A stretch of 63,711 nt of DNA, the filler included, from Octopus bimaculoides (taxonomy: Eukaryota), in NCBI RefSeq assembly GCF_001194135.2. It is 9 parts of 9 records of this genome, joined end to end, with 100 filler letters (N's around TTAATTAATTAA, not from the genome) between each part and the next. Parts side by side here need not be neighbours in the genome. Positions count along the whole stretch, not along the records: positions 43,662 to 49,784 come from NC_068996.1; positions 49,885 to 57,310 come from NC_068995.1; positions 57,411 to 63,711 come from NC_069002.1; 6 more parts are not named here. The stretch is one strand, 5' to 3'. The notes under the pieces were generated by a model that saw nothing but the letters and a program-made list of their open reading frames with translations, did no database searches and was not told the DNA's origin. This document shows positions 49,075-60,705 of the stretch, piece by piece; the stretch's first letter is position 1, and each line of letters starts with the position of its first letter. The position numbers were made by a program, and so were the translations under genes.

Positions 49075-49784
49075 GGAGGGGGTACCCAAAAGAAACCGGA
49101 ATCTTGCAATAAAACTTTATTCAGTAAAGGCGCGTGGCTTAGTGGTTAGGACATTCGGCTCACGATCATAAGGTCGTGAGATCAATTCCCGAAGTGTCCT
49201 TGAGCAAGACACTTATTTTACGTTGCACCAGTCCATTCAGCTGGAAAAACGAGTTGTACCTGCGTTTCAAAGGGTCAGCCTTGTCACACTGTGTCACGCT
49301 GAATCTCGCTGAGAACTACGTTAAGGGTACACCTGTCTGTGGAGTGCTCAGCCACTTGCACGTTAATTTCACGAGCAGGCTGTTCCGTTGATCGGATCAG
49401 CTGGGACCCTCGTCGTCATAACCGACGGAGTGCTCCTTTAAAGGCGGTCTGTCTTTACGTTCTGAGTTCAAATTCCGCCGAGGTTGACTTTGCCTTTCAT
49501 CCTTTCGGGGTCGATAAATTAAGTACCAGTTGCGTACTGGTGTCGATCTAACCGACTGGCCCCTCTCCCCCAAAATTTCGGACTTTGTGCCTAGAGTAGA
49601 AAAGTATATTACTTTATTCCTTTAGTTTTACATGTCTATACTTTTATCGTCTTCAAAGTATTCCCCATTTGAAGCAATGCATCGGTCCAGACAGCGTTTT
49701 CCACTCTTCGAAGCAGTCCTGGAAATCTTGAAAAATGGTGCTTTTTAACGCCTCTGTCGTTTTTGTCTTCACCTCTTCCATATC
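49075..49784 (-). mobile_element. Mariner remnant (transposase C-terminus and TIR), interrupted by SINEs
   Basis: DMEEVKTKTTEAL...FQDCFEEWK / DRCIASNGEYFED at 49784-49625; TIR TA|ggagggggtacccaaaagaaaccggaat at 49075. Confidence 0.85.
49127..49610 (+). mobile_element. Composite SINE B' + headless SINE C
   Basis: B' 49127-49435 then C core and tail; actttattc repeated at 49114-49122 and 49611-49619. Confidence 0.8.
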
Positions 49785-49884
49785 NNNNNNNNNNNNNNNN
49801 NNNNNNNNNNNNNNNNNNNNNNNNNNNNTTAATTAATTAANNNNNNNNNNNNNNNNNNNNNNNNNNNNNNNNNNNNNNNNNNNN

Positions 49885-49918
<34 letters not shown>

Positions 49919-49920
49919 TG

Positions 49921-49957
<37 letters not shown>

Positions 49958-50808
49958 AAATGTATATATATATATACATATACATATATTTATATATATA
50001 TATATATGGGAGGGGGTAAGTACGTATATGTAATGTGTGTGTGTGTGTACGTGTTTATGAGAGCATGTCCGGAGCTCCTGTAAGCCACACAATTAATCAA
50101 TGGAAGAAAAAGAATAAATTTATGCTTGAGTACACAAGTCTATTTATGTCCAAGTATGTGTGTGTGTGAGAGAGAGAGTGTATGCGTGTATGCGTTGTGT
50201 GTGTGTGTATGGTGTTTGTGTGTGCGTGTGTGTCTATCTGTGTGTGTTGCGTGGTGAGTGTGTTGTGCGTACGTGTCTGTGTATGTGTATGCGTTTGTGT
50301 GTATATATGTGTTGCGTAGTGTGTGTGTGTGTGTGTGTGTGTGTTGTGCTTGTGTGTGAATTCTGTCTATGTTTGTACATGTATATGTGTTATGTATATA
50401 TGTTGTGTGTGTTTATAATTGTGCATGTATGTGGGTGTTTTGCGAAGGCAAAAAAAGAAAGGAAAAAAGGAAACACCAAGATGGTGAAGTGGCAGAGTCG
50501 TTACATGGTCAAATAGAATATCTTGCAGTGTTTGTTCTGGCTTTCTGAGTTCAAATCTCGCTGAGGCCAAGCTTTCCGTGTTCTTTGTTACCTTACCTGT
50601 GTACTATTATTTATTTATCTTATAGTTTGCTCTAGCAAACGAAGCCAGGATCATACTGGAGCACTGCTGGAAATGCTATTTCTAGTAGGATGAGCAATTC
50701 TGTAGAAGTTCCATCGTTTTGCATAGAACTGTACTTCACAATTTTATTCTTTTCTACTCTAAGCACAAGGCCCGAAATTTTTTGGGAGGGGGCCAGTCGA
50801 TTAGATTA

Positions 50809-50987
50809 CTAACGAGTGAAAAATACGTAAGCACACGAGAGATAAGTACAAGACAAAATACCAAAAAATACACAATAAGAACAGGACGGGAGTAATAAAC
50901 AGTTGACAACTGAGGAGGGGTTAGACTTCTTTTGGTATTTTGTCCCGTACTTGTCTCTCATTATGTGTTTACGTATTTTTCAATCGT
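50809..50987. repeat. Imperfect fold-back, ~58-bp arms, ~63-bp spacer
   Basis: aacgagtgaaaaatacgtaagcac...gacaaaataccaaaa versus ttttggtattttgtc...tacgtattttttcaatcgtt. Confidence 0.85.
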
Positions 50988-51842
50988 TGGTGGTGTCCTG
51001 TACTTGGTGTAACTTTTATTTATTTATAAAATGTACAGGTGTCAATTCATAACGGCCGTTTCAAGCGACTTGAAACTTCCGTTTCAAGCGAATTCATCTT
51101 TCTTACTCATATTTTATTCACCTAGCCTGGAATCTGCACATCGGAAATTTTACAGAAAGTATTTTTGTATGTTTATATAAAGTACATGCCTGAACAAGCA
51201 AAAGCTGGTCTCTTCATTGAGTTGGGTCGTGTTATCTGCACACACTGCAAGAATATTAAGTGCAGACATTTCTGCAATGAGTTTGATAGTCACCGGATAT
51301 TGTTCGGGTGAGCAAATTAGATCGACCTAACAAGGTGCCTCAATTTACGTACCTAATTCAACCGAATCTTAATTATATACATATACATACATGCATATAT
51401 ATATATATATATANNNNNNNNNNNNNNNNNNNNNNNNNNNNNNNNNNNNNNNNNNNNNNNNNNNNNNNNNNNNNNNNNNNNNNNNNNNNNNNNNNNNNNN
51501 NNNNNNNNNNNNNNNNNNNNNNNNNNNNNNNNNNNNNNNNNNNNNNNNNNNNNNNNNNNNNNNNNNNNNNNNNNNNNNNNNNNNATTTATTTATTTATAC
51601 ACACACACATATATGTGTTTGTGTGTGCATGTAAGGATATTATTTAGTTTTATTTATAGGTTCCTTGTCAATAGAATAAAAGGTGGTCTCTAACCTAAAT
51701 CCAGTGCTTCTATGTCTTTTTGTCTGACTGCCAGTTTGTTTGTCTGTCTGTCTGTCTGTTTGTTATCTCCACCCACCCTCTCTCTCTATTTCTCACCCTC
51801 CCTCTCTCTCGACTTAAACAATATCTGTATGTGCATGCGGTT

Positions 51843-51880
<38 letters not shown>

Positions 51881-52728
51881 GTGTGTGTGTGTGTACCCGC
51901 TTGCAAAACAATACGAACGTCAAGCCACACCCTCGTCGTGCTCTCCTTATATTCATGCACAGTTACACACCTACGCACACACACCTACGCTCGTGCGCGC
52001 GCACNNNNNNNNNNNNNNNNNNNNNNNNNNNNNNNNNNNNNNNNNNNNNNNNNNNNNNNNNNNNNNNNNNNNNNNNNNNNNNNNNNNNNNNNNNNNNNNN
52101 NNNNNNNNNNNNNNNNNNNNNNNNNNNNNNNNNNNNNNNNNNNNNNNNNNNNNNNNNNNNNNNNNNNNNNNNNNNNNNNNNNNNNNNNNNNNNNNNNNNN
52201 NNNNNNNNNNNNNNNNNNNNNNNNNNNNNNNNNNNNNNNNNNNNNNNNNNNNNNNNNNNNNNNNNNNNNNNNNNNNNNNNNNNNNNNNNNNNNNNNNNNN
52301 NNNNNNNNNNNNNNNNNNNNNNNNNNNNNNNNNNNNNNNNNAAAAAAGAAAAAATACCATCCCCAAATACAACTATATATCTGTATATATACAGGCGCAT
52401 TGAAAGCCAGTCAACAGCAATGACGACACCGGTTTGATATTGAATCTCTTTAACAATTCAAAATAATGAATTTAATTGTTCTTAATTTGTCAAAAGCCTC
52501 CAGGAAAGCGAAACGACCCACGTTATACGATGAAATCAGTGAAGTTTGAACCTCAGTTCATCTAATTGTATTAATTTATCGCTACTTTTAATAAAAAAAA
52601 AACCTTTATTTTTTTTATATTCAATTTGCATTTTCGCTTTTTTTTGTTCTTACTTTCCCCATATCTTTTCCACGTGTAGTTTCTATTTTCTTTTCGAAAC
52701 ATATTTCTATTATATATATATATATACA

Positions 52729-53282
52729 CAGTTCCGTGCAAAAGTCTTCGGCCACCTTAAACTATTGTAAATTTCTGCTAATTCCCAACTTATAAGTGAA
52801 TGTTACGCTTTACGTTTTTAACAGATGAAACATTGGCCCTGTTGGAGTTATTTCCCTACCTAATCATTATACTTTGTATTAGGAGTTCTGAATGAGAGGG
52901 GAAGATTCGAGACGATCACCAAAAATGGACGTGCAAAGATTTTCGGCCACCTCACATAAACCAGTCGAGATAGAGTGTTTTGAAACAGGAAAAAGTTTAT
53001 AATGGAAATTTATTACATAATGTGCATTTCAAGAAGTTACTGTACATTGTTAATATTTTGTGTGGCTTCCCTTAGCTTGAATAATTGCTTTAATGCGCCT
53101 AGGAAGAGATGCGTACAAATCCTTCACTATCTTCACAGGTATGAGATGTCATTCTTTGTGGTTGAGCTCCCACAACTCTTCAAGATTACGTGGATTCTTC
53201 TGTCCAACTGTTCTCTTTAGTTCTATCCACAATCGCTCGATGATATTTAAGTTAAGACTCTGAGCTGGCCAATCTTTCGATA
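52729..53282 (-). mobile_element. Tc1-family remnant with IR/DR-type end
   Basis: DWPAQSLNLNIIERLW...LYASLPRRIKAIIQAKGSHTKY* (stop 53050-53052); terminal CAGTTCCGTGCAAAAG; direct repeats 52734-52757 and 52930-52952. Confidence 0.9.
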
Positions 53283-53399
53283 CACACACACATATATAGT
53301 AAATCACAAAAAGAACTAACACAAAAAGGCACAACAACGCGAGCACGTGGTACATGTAATGTATTAGCAGTCGCTCAGGGAAGGTAAGAAAGAAAGATG

Positions 53400-53435
53400 G
53401 TTTAACGTTTCGAGCAGACGCTCTTCTTCGGAAAC
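53400..53435 (-). ncRNA. Minimal type I hammerhead with U4>C
   Basis: GTTT-CCGAAGA-A-GAGC-gtct-GCTC-GAAAC-GTT-AAAC; all stems pair; palindromic AACGTT. Confidence 0.7.
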
Positions 53436-54960
53436 AGAGGAAAGTCCAGTAAAAAGGAAGACGGAGAAAGAAAATCGCGTGGTTACATTTTGAAATGTAT
53501 ATATATATATATATATATATNNNNNNNNNNNNNNNNNNNNNNNNNNNNNNNNNNNNNNNNNNNNNNNNNNNNNNNNNNNNNNNNNNNNNNNNNNNNNNNN
53601 NNNNNNNNNNNNNNNNNNNNNNNNNNNNNNNNNNNNNNNNNNNNNNNNNNNNNNNNNNNNNNNNNNNNNNNNNNNNNNNNNNNNNNNNNNNNNNNNNNNN
53701 NNNNNNNNNNNNNNNNNNNNNNNNNNNNNNNNNNNNNNNNNNNNNNNNNNNNNNNNNNNNNNNNNNNNNNNNNNNNNNNNNNNNNNNNNNNNNNNNNNNN
53801 NNNNNNNNNNNNNNNNNNNNNNNNNNNNNNNNNNNNNNNNNNNNNNNNNNNNNNNNNNNNNNNNNNNNNNNNNNNNNNNNNNNNNNNNNNNNNNNNNNNN
53901 NNNNNNNNNNNNNNNNNNNNNNNNNNNNNNNNNNNNNNNNNNNNNNNNNNNNNNNNNNNNNNNNNNNNNNNNNNNNNNNNNNNNNNNNNNNNNNNNNNNN
54001 NNNNNNNNNNNNNNNNNNNNNNNNNNNNNNNNNNNNNNNNNNNNNNNNNNNNNNNNNNNNNNNNNNNNNNNNNNNNNNNNNNNNNNNNNNNNNNNNNNNN
54101 NNNNNNNNNNNNNNNNNNNNNNNNNNNNNNNNNNNNNNNNNNNNNNNNNNNNNNNNNNNNNNNNNNNNNNNNNNNNNNNNNNNNNNNNNNNNNNNNNNNN
54201 NNNNNNNNNNNNNNNNNNNNNNNNNNNNNNNNNNNNNNNNNNNNNNNNNNNNNNNNNNNNNNNNNNNNNNNNNNNNNNNNNNNNNNNNNNNNNNNNNNNN
54301 NNNNNNNNNNNNNNNNNNNNNNNNNNNNNNNNNNNNNNNNNNNNNNNNNNNNNNNNNNNNNNNNNNNNNNNNNNNNNNNNNNNNNNNNNNNNNNNNNNNN
54401 NNNNNNNNNNNNNNNNNNNATGTTTGTATGTATGTATGCATGTATATACTCACATGTTTTGTTCTACGTGTGTGTAAATACACTTTTAAGAGACTAACCT
54501 TCTGGAATGTGTTACATACTTTTGTAGCTCCATTAATGGCTTGTAATTGCAATTTGTTAATTAGCTGTGCCTTAATTAGGTATGTGTATATGTATGTGTG
54601 TATGCATGCATGTATGTATGTATGTATGTATGTGTGTATGCATGTATTCATATATGTATCTATTTGTGAATGTATACTGTTATATGTATGTCTGTATGTG
54701 TGTGTATGAAAGTATGTTTGTGTGTGTATTACGTGTGTGTATATGCGTGTCTGCGTGTACGTATGTGCGTGTGTGTGTGTGAGTGTGTGTGTGTGAGTGT
54801 GTGTGTGTGAGTGTGTGTTTGTGAGTGTGTGTGTGTGAGTGTGTGTATGTGTGTGTGTTATGTATGCATGAATATGATTACGTGCCTTGAGGTAGTGTGT
54901 GGTTTGACGTACGTATTTTCTTGTCTTGCGATATTTACTTGTCCTGGTATACGTGCAGAG

Positions 54961-55004
<44 letters not shown>

Positions 55005-55544
55005 ACAGANNNNNNNNNNCGCACGCACGCACACACACACACACACACACACATCCACCCATCCACCCCCACATACACGCAGGCACGCATGAACACAAAC
55101 CAATGTAGTCAGACAGACGAAGGTGTCAATTTTATCTTGTTTCTTTGCAGAGTGAAAAAATATAACGAACGCCCTCAATCGATTTTCGGCCCTTATTGGG
55201 GTCTTATCAGTGCTGTCTACATCACTTAACCAATCTGTAGCCGATCTGTTTGTATACATATCAAGTCTAGTAGCTTCAAAGAACTGGCGCTACTGATTTG
55301 CGTCAGTGCTTAGACTTTGATACCAAGCGACCTCAGTTCACACAATATCAAGGTGTGTCTACAGTAATAAACATACAAACATGTGAATGCCACCTATTTC
55401 TTTGTCATTCAAAAGATCCGCTTAAAGGTGTGACACTTTACCAAAATGTATGAGAATAGAAGGTTGACTTCACCCTGAATTCTTATTTCTGACGTAGTTG
55501 AATAATTTTCATAACTCCAAATAAGCTAAAGTGCGACGTCTGTG

Positions 55545-55583
<39 letters not shown>

Positions 55584-56342
55584 NNNNNNNNNNNNNNNNN
55601 NNNNNNNNNNNNNNNNNNNNNNNNNNNNNNNNNNNNNNNNNNNNNNNNNNNNNNNNNNNNNNNNNNNNNNNNNNNNNNNNNNNNNNNNNNNNNNNNNNNN
55701 NNNNNNNNNNNNNNNNNNNNNNNNNNNNNNNNNNNNNNNNNNNNNNNNNNNNNNNNNNNNNNNNNNNNNNNNNNNNNNNNNNNNNNNNNNNNNNNNNNNN
55801 NNNNNNNNNNNNNNNNNNNNNNNNNNNNNNNNNNNNNNNNNNNNNNNNNNNNNNNNNNNNNNNNNNNNNNNNNNNNNNNNNNNNNNNNNNNNNNNNNNNN
55901 NNNNNNNNNNNNNNNNNNNNNNNNNNNNNNNNNNNNNNNNNNNNNNNNNNNNNNNNNNNNNNNNNNNNNNNNNNNNNNNNNNNNNNNNNNNNNNNNNNNN
56001 NNNNNNNNNNNNNNNNNNNNNNNNNNNNNNNNNNNNNNNNNNNNNNNNNNNNNNNNNNNNNNNNNNNNNNNNNNNNNNNNNNNNNNNNNNNNNNNNNNNN
56101 NNNNNNNNNNNNNNNNNNNNNNNNNNNNNNNNNNNNNNNNNNNNNNNNNNNNNNNNNNNNNNNNNNNNNNNNNNNNNNNNNNNNNNNNNNNNNNNNNNNN
56201 NNNNNNNNNNNNNNNNNNNNNNNNNNNNNNNNNNNNNNNNNNNNNNNNNNNNNNNNNNNNNNNNNNNNNNNNNNNNNNNNNNNNNNNNNNNNNNNNNNNN
56301 NNNNNNNNNNNNNNNNNNNNNNNNNNNNNNNNNNNNTATATA

Positions 56343-56378
<36 letters not shown>

Positions 56379-56420
56379 TGTATGTATGTATGTATGTATG
56401 AATGTGTGTGTGTATTTAAG

Positions 56421-56743
56421 ATATGGCACTCTGTCGGTTACGACAATGAAGGTTCCAGTTGATCCGATTAACGGAACAGCCTGCTCGTGAAATTAACGTG
56501 CAAGTGGCTGAACACTCCACAGATACGTGTACCCTTAACGTAGTTCTCGGGGAGATTCATTCAGCGTGACACAGAGTGTGACAAGGCTGGCCCTTTGAAT
56601 TACAGGTACTACTCACTTTTGCCTGCTGACTGGACTGGAGCAATGTGAAATAAAGTGTCTTGCTCAAGGACACAACATGTCGCCGGGAATCGAACTCATT
56701 ACCTTACGATCATGAGCCGAATACTCTAACCACTAAGCTATGC
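56421..56743 (-). mobile_element. SINE family B'
   Basis: Reverse-complement match to 49127-49435. Confidence 0.85.
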
Positions 56744-57410
56744 TTGGTAGTTATATATATTTATTGCACAATTACACTAACGGGAGCCAGCCTCATTTCA
56801 TCCATTTGAAAAGGCAAAAAGCAGTTAAATTCACTTTACACTAAATGCTTTCTCTGGTGTCAAAACTTTTCGCCTCCCACCTGCGACTCGGATAGACACA
56901 GTTTTCCTATGTCAGCGACTATATGTGCTTTAAATAGTCTGCCTTTCCGGTCATTGCTTTCAACACTATGAACTCATGATCACAGGTCAATTCACTTCTG
57001 GTACATACATACATACATACATATATATATATATACAAGAATAAGGGCAGAGAATCGTCAATTAATAATAGAATTAATAATTAACAATTCTGCCAAGTAG
57101 TTCAGTATGAAAAAAACCTTTATCGGCAAGACTATTTATCATTATAAATATACAGGGATTAGCAATTGAGTTGCTTCTCCAACATACTGAAAATTTAGAA
57201 ATAGCAGTCAAAGAACTACTGATTCCAAACTACAAATTTTCTCTAAAGTGGATGGCGATATTTATGGCACACATAGAACAAAAAACCGGAGGGAAAAGCG
57301 TAAACAAGCCNNNNNNNNNNNNNNNNNNNNNNNNNNNNNNNNNNNNNNNNNNNNTTAATTAATTAANNNNNNNNNNNNNNNNNNNNNNNNNNNNNNNNNN
57401 NNNNNNNNNN

Positions 57411-57790
57411 GGCGGTGGTGTTGATGATGGGGGTGTCGATAACGGTGCTGGCGGTGGTATTGGCAGTGATCTTAGTGATAGTATTGGTGGTGGTGCAAGT
57501 GGTGATGTTCTGCGGTAGCGTAAGTGATGGTAACGGTGGTGGTGGTGGTGGTGGTGTTTGTGGTGGTGGTGGTGGTGGTGGTGGTGGTTCTGATGATGGT
57601 ACTACTGGTGGTGTTGGCGGTGTTAGCATTTCCTTTGTTGCTGGTATTACGGTGGTGATGATAGTGTAATCTTTTTAGTGATGCTGCTATTGTTGATGTT
57701 GATGTTGTTGCCGTTGTTGTTGTTGCTGGTGTTGGTGGTGGTGGTGGTGGCGTCGTTGGTAGTGCCAGCGGTGCCGGCGGCGCATTCCTG
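57411..57790. repeat. Compound (GGT/GAT/GTT)n microsatellite
   Basis: Direct inspection. Confidence 0.9.
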
Positions 57791-58344
57791 AAGAAACAGT
57801 CCTGTTGTAGTGAGTACTTTACACCAATATCCCGCATACCACAACCTTCTTCTTCACCCACACATCAAGGAGCTAGTTTCATCTATGTACTTAGGGCAAA
57901 TATTGAAAGAATACTACCCGACAAGGAAGAAAGGGATCGGGGTGGGCGAAACAAAGAAAAATAATAAAAACAAAAAAAGAAACAACCAAGAATGACATCA
58001 CATATTTAATCAAATATCGTTTCTTTGATGAATTCAAAGATTCTTTTGATTCTATTAACGGTTTCGTATTAATGTTATTATTAAATACAGTTAAGGGTGG
58101 GGCCTTGCTATTAAATGTGGTTGGTTGGCATTAAGGATAGCGGATTAACGGAATTGGTAAAGCAGCTGACAAAAATGCCTTTTTGGAATCTTGTTGCATC
58201 CTTTTTTGCTTTCCTTGTTGAAGGTTACATAAAATGAAATACGCCGTCATTCGGCGATGGCGTTTAAACCTCGACTGCTCTTTGTCTTTGAATCTAAAAG
58301 CCTTGCGCCTATATTAGAGTTCCCTGTTTCTAGCTTATAAAACA

Positions 58345-58620
58345 TACATCTTTTTATCTTTTGCCTTTTACTTGTTTCAGTCATTAGACTGCGGCCACGC
58401 TGGGGCACCGCCTTGAAGAAATTGTAGTCGAAATAATCGACACCATTACTTATTCTCATCGACAGCATTACTTACTTACTTATTATTATTATTATTGTTA
58501 TTGCTGTTTCTTGTAAACCTTATACTTATTCTATCGTCACTTTTAGCGAACCACTAGGTTACGGAGAAGCGAACACACCAACACCGGTTGTCAAGTGATG
58601 GGAGAAGGCAACCCCTCCCC
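58345..58620 (-). mobile_element. SINE family A, 3' half
   Basis: cttgtttcagtcattagactgcggccacgctgg...ccggttgtcaag. Confidence 0.75.
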
Positions 58621-59402
58621 ACACACAAATAAATAANNNNNNNNNNNNNNNNNNNNNNNNNNNNNNNNNNNNNNNNNNNNNNNNNNNNNNNNNNNNNNNN
58701 NNNNNNNNNNNNNNNNNNNNNNNNNNNNNNNNNNNNNNNNNNNNNNNNNNNNNNNNNNNNNNNNNNNNNNNNNNNNNNNNNNNNNNNNNNNNNNNNNNNN
58801 NNNNNNNNNNNNNNNNNNNNNNNNNNNNNNNNNNNNNNNNNNNNNNNNNNNNNNNNNNNNNNNNNNNNNNNNNNNNNNNNNNNNNNNNNNNNNNNNNNNN
58901 NNNNNNNNNNNNNNNNNNNNNNNNNNNNNNNNNNNNNNNNNNNNNNNNNNNNNNNNATATATATATATATATATATATACACATGAGAGTTGCTGTGTGA
59001 AAGCACGTGGTTGGATGTATAAAAGACAAAATAGAGAGAAAAATACTTCAGAAGACTTGTGTTATATGCTTAAAGAATATATTTAAATCGTTGTTAGAAA
59101 AATGTTATAGAATATTGCGTATAGTAACATTGTTTGGGGAGAAATAACCGGTTTTGTATTTATTTATTTTTTTTGAAATTTCTCAAATTTCTTTACCTAT
59201 ATTGTGTCATCTCTTCGCTATGTTGTTAGATATGGAGTTCCAGACAGGGTAAGGCAATCAAAGAATTTACAGTATAAGGGAGATAATCAAGAATGTTGGG
59301 AATGACAAGGTTTTATTAATTAGACATGGTTTGGTTGACAAAGAATAGAATGTTGGAAGTGGTTAAGGTTTGCTTTATATTTTTTCAACAAGATAAGTTT
59401 CT

Positions 59403-60400
59403 TTATTTAAAATTGCTAGAGATCGTATAAAGTTTTGGGTTATATTTTTCAATAAAGTAGATTTCCATATTTAATCTAATTTGTGTTGTTGTTCCAATGG
59501 TACTTTAATAGAATGGAAAGATTACAAATTGTGGTAGCAGTTGCTTTGCGCATTTCTCAATGTATTCACTAAAGGTTGTCATTCTGTATTCTGGGAATGC
59601 AATCTGCTGTCGGTGCAGAATGCATATGCGACTGAGCGATAATCCCATGGACCCTATGTAGTTTTGGTGGCAGCCCGAGCATCTTATAACATAAATTAGG
59701 CTTTCTAGGGCACAAGTAAAGTCAGATTTGCTTTTGAATTTTTGTCCCACTTTGAAAAGAAATTCTGATCTTCTAGAAGTTTTGGGCATGTTGCGCAGTT
59801 TGGTCGACCACATTCTTTTCACCTTTGCGTCCGTTATTTAAAAAATAATTTTGCTTTTGTGAGGATCTTTTTTTAGTGGTTTTGGTTATTTCTGACTTTT
59901 AATGATCTTATGCGTGTGTAAAATTTCCTTTAAATTCGGGCCCTTACGTAGCATTGGTAAATTTTGGGTGATGATGGTGAAGGCTTCTTTGTTTCTGGGG
60001 TTGTATATGGATATGTACGGAAATATTTTAGGGGAAAGTATGTTGCTGTGTTGAACTTTTCTTAAGGTTTCTATGTCGATTTGTGTTGCACGTCTGATTC
60101 GATCCTCTATGAGTTGAACTGGGTAGTGTCTGTCAATTAGGGTGTCTGTCAATTAGGGTGTTATTCTGACAGTATTGTGCATATCCTTCTTGCAAGGTTG
60201 AAGGGGATGTTTGTTTTGGTGTGCCTTGGGTGGCATGAATTAAATAGATATTGTTTGGCGTCTGTGGGTTTGTAAAATATGTCCGTTTCTATTTTTAAGT
60301 TTATTTTTTTTAATTAGTATATCCAAGAATGGGAGCTCCTTTTTTGTTGTACTCCATTGTGAACAGTATGAAATTCAAAAGACTATTGAACAGCGTCTTC
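59403..60400 (-). pseudogene. Penelope-like element (second lineage): RT C-terminus/thumb, linker, GIY-YIG
   Basis: ELPFLDILIKK...IETDIFYKPTDAKQY / SCHPRHTKTNIPFNLARRICT / LIYVIRCSGCHQNYIG / QIRLNMEIYFIEKYNPKL; broken by stops and a 16-bp tandem duplication (60126-60157). Confidence 0.9.
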
Positions 60401-60705
60401 CCAAACATAGACAGACAAATATTGATTTCAAGTTTTGGCACAAGGCCAGCAAATTCTGGAGGTGGTGGGTAAGTCGATTAGATCAACCCCAGTGTTCAAC
60501 TGGTATTTACTTTATCGGCCCCGAACGAATAAAAGGCAAAGTCGATGCAGGTGACATTTGAACTCATAACGTAAAGTCGGAAGAAATGCTGCTAAGGATA
60601 TGATCCGGAGCGGTAACTGCTGCCAGCTTGCTGCTTTAGACAGACAAATACTCGTGTTAATAATATACCAGAAGTTAAATAAGAGCAACGATTAGAGTTA
60701 GAAAT

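Noticed and set aside
26278-56490. Long ORFs in the track dominated by X, or by HT/YI/CV/MYVC repeats
   Set aside because: They read through N gaps and microsatellites and have no coding signal.
59190-59250. Hammerhead in the presumed pLTR of the 59403-60400 PLE
   Set aside because: Only a loose CGAAGA...GAAA trace on the minus strand with no pairing stems.
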